From NCBI GenBank assembly GCA_048882505.1, contig JBHLRO010000026.1:1-32000 (forward strand): a DNA stretch of 32,000 nucleotides. The letters run 5' to 3'. The DNA is from Candidatus Thorarchaeota archaeon. Its GTDB lineage: Archaea > Asgardarchaeota > Heimdallarchaeia > Hodarchaeales > Hodarchaeaceae. Below are positions 18,901 through 25,550 of the stretch, in pieces (position 1 is the stretch's first letter; every line of letters starts with the position of its first letter). Under the pieces are notes generated by a model. It was not told the origin of the DNA. It ran no database searches and worked only from the letters and a program-made list of their open reading frames with translations. Made by a program: the position numbers and the translations under genes.

Positions 18901-20436
18901 AACTGGGAAGGGATGGATGATATCAAGTACTTCTTCAACGAAAGAATACAAGGAATTTGGGGATTGAAAATTTGGATTGACGTTTATATGGGAATCCCGA
19001 TTTTTTCGAATAATAACAAACCTCTTTATTACACTGTGACGTTAAATGATCAAAGTGATATTCTTTTTCCGTTACGAGGAAAAACATTTCTATTAAGAAA
19101 TGATCCAAGAGTTCTCAAAGAATATGGCGTTCGTAACTCATATTGGAGTGATAAGAACGGAACGGTCTTAAATTGGGAATATAGATTTTGTGAAGTTCTA
19201 GATTACGAAGTTCTAGGGCTAAACAAGGGAGATAAATCTGACCGAATGAACTTTACACGAATTAGAAATAGCATATTTAACCAGTTTAAACTAAAATACG
19301 GAGAAAATTACGGATACAAGACAAAAAATGCTCAAAGTCTCGCCCAGACAAAAATCCTTATTCTTAAATATGATAAAAATAACCTGCATTATTCTTGGAT
19401 AAGGGCATTTTCTACTTCTAAATGGGATATAACAACCTCTACATATAAGACTGTTGCTAATTGTCTTAGTAAGTTTGGATACGCAGATAGTCTAAAAGGG
19501 GAACCAATCGACTATATAATTACGACAAGCGAGATTAAATACGATAATTTGATTGCTAAGATACGTAATAAAGAGATTGACGATCTTGGGGAAATGATTC
19601 ATGCTCTAGAATATAATAAAAACTCATCGACTAAATTTCACGATTTGTATTTTGGAACCAAAGATGTACAATTTCCTCTTATGGCCGATACCAGGGACTT
19701 TCAGAAATTTAAAGATGAATCAAATCCACAGGGCGAGTCGGCAATAATCAGTTCATTATTCCAACATAGGGAGTTGATAAGAGAGATAAACAAAAGATTT
19801 CCGTCAACGATCCCTTCATATGGCATCTATGAATTTAAAGGCCAGTCTCGAGGTGAGAGTTCAACAACACCAGTCTATGAGGATATTTCAGCCAAAAAAA
19901 ATAAAGCAGGGGATCCATTATCGTCAAATGTGAACATTCTAATTAAGAATTCAAATGAACATGTAAAAATCCGATTGTTAGAAGACTATTTAAAAGCCTT
20001 GCACGGAGTTGGAGACAAAAATATCTATGTAAAAACAGTAATAACACATCCTGGGCATTTCAAGGATTTAAGCGAAATTCCAAGAGAAGTTAAGAAAGCA
20101 GTTGATAATTACCAGGAGGGAAGAAGACTTGGATGGATTGATATAGGGATTGTACGTGGTAATAAGACCTATAATAACCTTGGATCTATATATGGAGCTG
20201 TGAAATGGGCCCGTACTGAAACAACTAATCATAAGGTGGCCGACACCAAATCGGGCATCGTACATGATTCAATAAGAAAACTTATGGAACATCGTATTGT
20301 GAAAAAGGAAAAAGAATTAGTTGAAAATATGAACGACCTTTTTGAAAGACATAAATTTACTGGAAACTCCATTCGAGAAACCTCCTATGAAAAATTCAAG
20401 GATTTCATCATAGATTTCTTTGAAACGTTTTTTTAA
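15949..20436 (+). CDS. ~1500-aa bipartite protein: hyperacidic low-complexity N-terminal part, MIM2-like motif, two tandem ~164-aa repeats, possible nuclease-like C-terminus (ORF track start 15934)
   Basis: ATG 15949 overlaps the AAA stop (TAATG). 14 of the first 30 residues are D/E and none are K/R. The C-terminal part is K/N/I/Y-rich and AT-rich. Confidence 0.8.
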   Translation: MEQEEAPQAQEEEEQITEAVEEQEESCDLDGQDIEDLIQQMEAEPEDPDPETEEDVDQEDTLDDVGDHFQQIVEDDIASDTLSKDEILEDLPFEFPLAFDYEPENETIEFLESETSSIQEAELNRAEAVAEEEHLEKLHQWFDQLVHHGTSDLEDHEDVYERDEVGASTLEEIQGVIGEGEIQIQDLAERLPEDIFSFEMEEEQIDALFLEEQDVSRWIEEETTHVADHLTLETQTEEHHPELSEEEIKSKLEEVAEEVKDQYVQDLDSWCADLLHETPEESREIEVQEQEWIETTPDEGELEVLTQEELAVNGSANEVEMDSFTLVEEAEEDTQSTVTTPEGGTKNNEMGTVVKDIEEEELRGNVTEKGVENASITENTQSEQGQNVNIGEGIQAAESHPIQELDSWLDEVTHLLSDGKALDFLEQDSFVNIDDLVPLRENTTDKELETLELKNQLPMSIPEDILPLDDLQVDSEFLTSTLFHTGSTGLDSEYNEEIAPFAPLSEIATEIQQREQYLDVIMGPHFLEEVHTQIEVQTLEQLETKADQVLKTQEEGLQLQRQVPTLPEPPPYDFQAELEAWEEEEALQAKYTGPPIYRFASHTQEGRSKNLKASSDTSQIQKTQEKQSNREPRSNSGRSLEEAKYIKLTASRDLATQSLFNKEKSIDSKYMVGLPKSGTQVERGNDQMGTCQTFERDFKYIKEYFGSLKSPLEGFKYWIRFEQDLKIGSMKQPYYYSLLIKPDKNIPDVVHEKRIYIQNRSSFFKNGWDARNFYQHSTRNEAVSSFQKIVMERIDKWLNISPWTAVKIRHSIYEQFYEKKPAFSEIRKKITTTKSKKKPSLFIAKFNLENSQPLWIKAFNEYMNKLKNKESFLQDLKIRYPDVYQYYTSEENTRNLSQILANKSRFLDSEEKKLAKQIVLDVNTRKEDTAKAKRFIEEINHAIVEGNLNVSDQKILENLSMIRKLESFKDIGFVYNGNNWVTVYNWEGMDDIKYFFNERIQGIWGLKIWIDVYMGIPIFSNNNKPLYYTVTLNDQSDILFPLRGKTFLLRNDPRVLKEYGVRNSYWSDKNGTVLNWEYRFCEVLDYEVLGLNKGDKSDRMNFTRIRNSIFNQFKLKYGENYGYKTKNAQSLAQTKILILKYDKNNLHYSWIRAFSTSKWDITTSTYKTVANCLSKFGYADSLKGEPIDYIITTSEIKYDNLIAKIRNKEIDDLGEMIHALEYNKNSSTKFHDLYFGTKDVQFPLMADTRDFQKFKDESNPQGESAIISSLFQHRELIREINKRFPSTIPSYGIYEFKGQSRGESSTTPVYEDISAKKNKAGDPLSSNVNILIKNSNEHVKIRLLEDYLKALHGVGDKNIYVKTVITHPGHFKDLSEIPREVKKAVDNYQEGRRLGWIDIGIVRGNKTYNNLGSIYGAVKWARTETTNHKVADTKSGIVHDSIRKLMEHRIVKKEKELVENMNDLFERHKFTGNSIRETSYEKFKDFIIDFFETFF

Positions 20437-20637
20437 CCTGATCGAGTAGATTTCTGTTGGTTCAATACACTTGATCTGAACAATAATCTTTATTTCAGGT
20501 TATAAATGTTTGAAACGCAATACATGCTATTTTATATAGGAACAACCCAGTGAATTTTAGATGAAGAACTTAATAATCCAACATTATGAATTAGATAAAA
20601 AAATAATCTGTCATGACTTAAACAGGTGTAGGATACT

Positions 20638-21715
20638 ATGAGTAAAACAGAAGGTAAAGATTTCACCGCAGACGATATTTCCTTCGATATGTTGTCCGAA
20701 GCTGACGTCGCAAGGGCCTATCAACAAATAATGGCTGAAATTCGGAAGGGATATATTGGACGCACCGAAATATTTGAGATGTTATGGATCGCCATGTTGA
20801 CCGGTAAACACGTCTATTTAGAGGGTGTACCGGGTATTGGAAAACTTGGTTGTGGTTACAACTAAGTCTGAAAAAACATATATGGCGAAAATCTTCTCTC
20901 AATGTTTAGGAACACAATTTCAACGAATTCAATTCACCCCCGACATGCTGCCCTCCGATATTGTTGGAACGAACATATTTAATCCCAAAACAGGAACGTT
21001 TCGTCTTAAAAAGGGTCCAATCTTTGCTAATGTCATATTGGCGGATGAAATTAATAGAGCTCCTCCTAAAACTCAATCAGCAATGTTGGAGGCCATGGCT
21101 GAAAGCCAAGTCTCTATAGAAGGCGAAACACATAAGCTGGAACAACCTTTTGTCGTTATGGCGACTGCAAATCCCGTAGAGCAAGAAGGAACGTATCCCC
21201 TGCCAGAAGCTCAGTTGGATAGGTTCATGCTCAAAGTTATTATCCATCATTCATCGCCTGACGATGAACTTCGAATTATCAATTTCAAAAATGAGCCTGT
21301 CCCGGCCAAAATCAACCAAGTGGTGTCTCCTCAGACTATAGTTGCTATGATGGATGTTGTTAAACGTATTTATGTCTGTCCGGAAATTCTCGAAATGATT
21401 AGGGACATTACAGTTGCTACGCGCACAGATCCAAGACTAATACTCGGTTGTTCTCCCCGTGGAAGCGAAAGTCTACTGCTAGCTGGTAAAGCAAGGGCAG
21501 CCATACATGGCCGGGATTATGTGATACCAGACGATATTCTTCTAATGATACCTCATATAGTACATCATCGATTAATCATGAAGCCGGAAGCAGAACTCGA
21601 AGGTATCTCTCAGATAAGGGTGTCCGAGGATATACGCGATAGTCTCGTTGTGCCTGTCCATCTCGTAACCGAAGAAATGATCGTAGAAGAGTACATTGAA
21701 GAATATGTCGAATAG
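20638..21715 (+). CDS. moxR: MoxR-family AAA+ ATPase, interrupted by a 31-nt insert; 348 aa once the insert is removed
   Basis: Exon 1 ends LEGVPGIG(K). Exon 2 continues TYMAK...RIQFTPDMLPSDIVG, LADEINRAPPKTQSAMLEAM, ATANPVEQEGTYPLPEAQLDRF and SPRG. 1078-31=1047 nt = 349 codons. Confidence 0.93.
20843..20873 (+). other. Candidate BHB-type intron in a protein-coding gene (31 nt)
   Basis: AACTTGGTTGTGGTTACAACTAAGTCTGAAA. 10-bp h' hairpin closing GGUU, 4-bp central helix UUGG/CUGA, 3-nt bulges AA^A and AA^A. Contains an in-frame TAA at 20863-20865. Confidence 0.75.
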
Positions 21716-21842
21716 AATGGGATTAATGTCATCTGGTTTCAATCAATTTCATTCATCTTCCACCTGTATACCCGTTAACATAAAACAATTCGTAAAGAGA
21801 AACTACATAGAAGATCGAAGAACTTACAAGACGTGGCTTTGA

Positions 21843-23321
21843 ATGCTCTCATCACGTGGTGCTTTTATTGCAATTGGTGGCATCCTACTCCTTTCTGTCG
21901 GCCTAAGCGCCAAGGGGGTCGGGACACTTACCACGATGGTACCTATAGTGTTTGGAGGACAGGGGTTAGTTCAAGGCGGAGGGCAGCCAACAGGGAATGG
22001 AACTTCTTCTTATCCTCCAGGCTTGGAGTTTCTCGAAGTATTTGACATTCTAAACAGTTCTCCAATCGTGGATTATGGAATGTTTCTTGGAACTTTATTG
22101 ATCTTGGCAAGCATTATTGGATTACCGTTCTTCCGAGCATCCGCCAATGCATCACTTATTCGAGTCACAAGGAGCATTGACCGCGAGAAAGCATTTGCAG
22201 GTGAATATGTCCACGTGACGGTCAAAGTTGAAAATACGGGTAGACGCCGCATGGACTTCTTAGAGATCTATGACGCAATTCCAGACATGTTCGAAATAGT
22301 GGTCGGAGAGAACTTTATTATAACCCAACTCTCTGGACATGAAACTAAAGAATTTTCTTACATTGTAAAAGTGAGTACTAGAGGTGTTTACCGTATAGGC
22401 CCAACCAAAGTCATTATACATGATAGACTAGGCTTTTACTTTGAAGAGGACGTCCGACATTTCTACACGGAAGTTTTGTGCTATCCTTCCTACGAGGACA
22501 TCCGGCGTATGGATGCCTTGAGCAAACGACGGCAACAGGGCAAGCTTTTTGGGGCTCATAAAACCAAACAGAAAGGGATGGGAGACGATTTTCATGCCCT
22601 AGCACGGTATTATCCTGGAGCTCCATTTAAATCCTTGGATTGGAAGGCTTTCAGCCGAACGGGAGAGCTCATGGTGAGGGAATTCGAAGCTGAGAAGAAT
22701 ATCAGAATTGTTGTATTCCTAGATCATAGCGGGAGTATGGGCGCGGGGATTCCCTTTAACACAAAATTAGATTTCGCTATTCGGGCGACAATGCTGGTCA
22801 TGAAGATGGCAGAGGAGAGGCAAGACCTATTCGGCATGATCACCTATGCGGATAGACCTACCTCGTACCTCCCGCCTAAAGGGGGTAAAGCGATGTTTTT
22901 TCAACTATTAGAAATCCTTGCGCTGGTGGAACCCCAAGGTCGCTCCGATCCGTTGGCCGCAGTCGACTTTGTGATGCAACGTCTACCACGAGCATCTTTT
23001 TACGTGTTCCTTACTGATTTGGAATCGTCAGATTCCGAAATCTTTACCGAGGCGGCCAAAAGGGCTAGAGCTGCAAAAAACCGTATTACCGTAATCAGCC
23101 CCTTTGGACCTCTATTCGAGACAAAGTTGACAGATTTGACCCCGACAGAACGCGCAATGGCAGAGGCGATTTTCGAGGAATATCTCGGTTACCGAAAGCA
23201 GGTTGAAGATGGCTTACGAAATTTAGGGGTAGAGATCATAAACGTGGGGCCCGACGACATGTTGCCAAATGTAATTAAAACCTATATGAAAGCAAAACAA
23301 CAACAAATAGGTTCGGTGTAA
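21843..23321 (+). CDS. DUF58 / vWA-domain protein (MoxR partner) with two N-terminal TMs
   Basis: GDDFHALARYYPGA...LDWKAFSRTGELMVREFE (DUF58) followed by the MIDAS-like FLDHSGSM and KLDFA. Confidence 0.9.
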   Translation: MLSSRGAFIAIGGILLLSVGLSAKGVGTLTTMVPIVFGGQGLVQGGGQPTGNGTSSYPPGLEFLEVFDILNSSPIVDYGMFLGTLLILASIIGLPFFRASANASLIRVTRSIDREKAFAGEYVHVTVKVENTGRRRMDFLEIYDAIPDMFEIVVGENFIITQLSGHETKEFSYIVKVSTRGVYRIGPTKVIIHDRLGFYFEEDVRHFYTEVLCYPSYEDIRRMDALSKRRQQGKLFGAHKTKQKGMGDDFHALARYYPGAPFKSLDWKAFSRTGELMVREFEAEKNIRIVVFLDHSGSMGAGIPFNTKLDFAIRATMLVMKMAEERQDLFGMITYADRPTSYLPPKGGKAMFFQLLEILALVEPQGRSDPLAAVDFVMQRLPRASFYVFLTDLESSDSEIFTEAAKRARAAKNRITVISPFGPLFETKLTDLTPTERAMAEAIFEEYLGYRKQVEDGLRNLGVEIINVGPDDMLPNVIKTYMKAKQQQIGSV

Positions 23322-23327
23322 CAAAAT

Positions 23328-24716
23328 ATGGAAGCAAGTGAGCTAACGGCCAATATATTCCGCAGCCTCTACTTCGCGTTGTTTTGTTTTTCAGCAATTT
23401 TGGTTTTTTTCTCAATAGATCCATCCATGTTTGATTTTAGCAATGTTTTTGGAATTCTTGAATGGCTCGCACTCCTCGTTCAATCTGCAGTCTGGGCAAC
23501 GGGGGTGGTCGCTCTAATCATTGTAAATGCATTCCTAACATTAAAGTCTCAGATCCCCATTCTCGGCAGCTTACCCCTCATTGGGGATCCAAATTTTGGA
23601 GCTCTCCAATATGGCGAGGCCTATGGCACTATCATTGATGGTATTTTCAGCCCTGCCAATTACTTTTTTCCCCACTCGAACATTGATATCTCAGATCCCG
23701 CTGTTATAGGGACAGTCATAGAAGATTTCCTTAATTTTGCGGGGGCAACAACGATCTTGATCCTATTACCGATCGCGCTCCTCTCGGGCCTGGGTTTCCT
23801 CCGAGAAGGCGACACTAAACTTGCGATTTATTCTTTCCTCGGATTCCAACTCATCATCATTGTGGCAATCTTCACCCAAAACGCACTGATCTCGACCGAA
23901 ATTAATACTTCTGGCCTCATTGAGATGATCTTAAGTCCCGTTTTCACTCTGGGATTTCTTCTCTATCTTCTACTTGAAGTAGCATTTCAAACGTCGTACA
24001 CTCTAAACATTCTCGGCCCTATGACAGAGCGTGAGAAACGCATCCAAGAACACCTTAGGCGGATTCGAACCTTTGTTCCTACTAGCGGAGACATGGAAAT
24101 CCAGGATGAGCAGGCATTTCAAGGCACCCAGTCCAAAAAATTCGGTCTCTTGGCTGCCAGCTATCTCCGAGAAATGGTAGAACGACGCGTATTTAGAGAA
24201 AGAGAAGTTGTGCAAGACCCAAAAAGCATGATGCGTCTTCAGTCGTATTTGGCTTCATTATCGCAAAGCGACCCCCAGACCGATTTGAAACTTGCAGCAA
24301 AGACCGCTCAACCGACAGGATCCGCGTTATTGAGACATTTTGCTCCTGCAATGTTGTTCCGACTGGTAAGCGTGGTTTTACTCTCTTATTTCATCATAGC
24401 ACCCGAAGGCATCTTGAATCTCTTTATAGGCTTCTCTTTTCCAGCCCTTTTGGATAGTCTAGAGTTGTCTCAGCCTGAATTTCGCACTATCGCCATCTTA
24501 AATGTGGCTCTCTTGATTATTCTAATTTCCGCCGTTCTCCATTACGCCACAACTAGTAAACGAACAAAAGCCATGCTATTACGTGTGGTACAACAAATTG
24601 ACACCTTAGTCGATTTTGATAGGGGGCCGAGTCCAGCTACGGTGACTGAAGAGGGAATGGAGGCAGACGAAATCGTCGAAGACCTACCTACAGATGAGGA
24701 AGAAGAGATTTCATAA
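23328..24716 (+). CDS. Hypothetical multipass membrane protein of the moxR cluster
   Basis: Multiple hydrophobic segments around a central cytoplasmic region, with an acidic tail. Starts 6 nt after the DUF58 stop. Confidence 0.75.
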   Translation: MEASELTANIFRSLYFALFCFSAILVFFSIDPSMFDFSNVFGILEWLALLVQSAVWATGVVALIIVNAFLTLKSQIPILGSLPLIGDPNFGALQYGEAYGTIIDGIFSPANYFFPHSNIDISDPAVIGTVIEDFLNFAGATTILILLPIALLSGLGFLREGDTKLAIYSFLGFQLIIIVAIFTQNALISTEINTSGLIEMILSPVFTLGFLLYLLLEVAFQTSYTLNILGPMTEREKRIQEHLRRIRTFVPTSGDMEIQDEQAFQGTQSKKFGLLAASYLREMVERRVFREREVVQDPKSMMRLQSYLASLSQSDPQTDLKLAAKTAQPTGSALLRHFAPAMLFRLVSVVLLSYFIIAPEGILNLFIGFSFPALLDSLELSQPEFRTIAILNVALLIILISAVLHYATTSKRTKAMLLRVVQQIDTLVDFDRGPSPATVTEEGMEADEIVEDLPTDEEEEIS

Positions 24717-24745
24717 GTCTGAAATGAATACGAGATGATAGTCCC

Positions 24746-25279
24746 ATGGTGAAACTTGATCAGGAATCGATTCAAGCCCGAAAGCAATTAATGGATGAAA
24801 TCAAGGATTACGGGGACTACCAAAAGCAGAATGACCGTAAATTAACCGATTCAGCAGTTCGGTTCTACCTGGAGAATCGTCTATCTATCTGTTCAGATGA
24901 AGTTAAAAAAATCCAAGAAGCTGCTTTGATGAGCCAAATGATTACGACATGGTCTGATTTGGATCGTCTTATAGCAAGCTTTTCAGATCTAAAATTGTTG
25001 GTCCAAAAAACGAGCTACGGGATCAGTACTTTTTTTGATAGCCTTGTCATAAAAGAATTCGATCTCAGCTATTTGTACACCCTAGAAAAAACCGTTTTGG
25101 ACATAATTACAAGATTAGACGATAAGATTGAGCAGTTTAGCGAAGCTATTGAGAGTGGAATGCTTTCAGACAGCAGTAGACTTACCAATGAGATCCTTGA
25201 AGACTTATCAGCTGTCAGAGATGCATGGGAAGAGCGTCGAAAGTTAATAGAAGAATTTCAAAAGCTAGGCCTTGTTTAA
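24746..25279 (+). CDS. Uncharacterised alpha-helical protein
   Basis: 177-aa amphipathic helical ORF. DY...DR..D..VR.YL and SYG.S.FFD resemble a widespread uncharacterised family (recalled, not searched). Confidence 0.65.
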   Translation: MVKLDQESIQARKQLMDEIKDYGDYQKQNDRKLTDSAVRFYLENRLSICSDEVKKIQEAALMSQMITTWSDLDRLIASFSDLKLLVQKTSYGISTFFDSLVIKEFDLSYLYTLEKTVLDIITRLDDKIEQFSEAIESGMLSDSSRLTNEILEDLSAVRDAWEERRKLIEEFQKLGLV

Positions 25280-25550
25280 ACTAGATGTAAATCTCATATT
25301 TATAATTCTATTTCAATAGCACCCAGCTCATCTTTCTTCCTGCGAATCTGGATTAACGGTTTCTTTCAGCGAGGCAAGGAACACCATTCTCATCCCCTAG
25401 CTCCATAGATACAATCCAATTACATCAACAAACCGATTGTTTTTTTATCTGACATTGTAATTTTTTTCACGCTTATGCTTGCTTTTGAAATTCTACTTAT
25501 CTGCTTGAATTTCATCAGGGCCTCCAATAATAGTCTAATTGGGTGATTTT

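Noticed and set aside
13503-20637. Bona fide mobile element (integrase, transposase, att sites, target duplication)
   Set aside because: No recombinase gene is present and I could not see matching direct or inverted repeats at the two ends. Only the gene-order interruption and composition support insertion.
20437-20637. Immunity gene downstream of the putative effector
   Set aside because: The 200-nt AT-rich gap holds no credible ORF and looks like terminator/promoter sequence for moxR.
20638-21715. moxR as a simple frameshifted pseudogene, a homopolymer error or a programmed ribosomal frameshift
   Set aside because: Joining the two frames without deleting sequence leaves about 10 foreign residues inside Walker A. 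Only a 31-nt removal restores GKT, and the extra sequence is a structured hairpin rather than a 1-nt slip. Both exons look intact. Not fully excluded without reads.
24746-25279. ESCRT-III/PspA homologue as substrate of the Vps4-like ATPase
   Set aside because: It is helical and of similar size, but lacks the long alpha1-alpha2 hairpin, the basic-N/acidic-C polarity and a terminal MIM.
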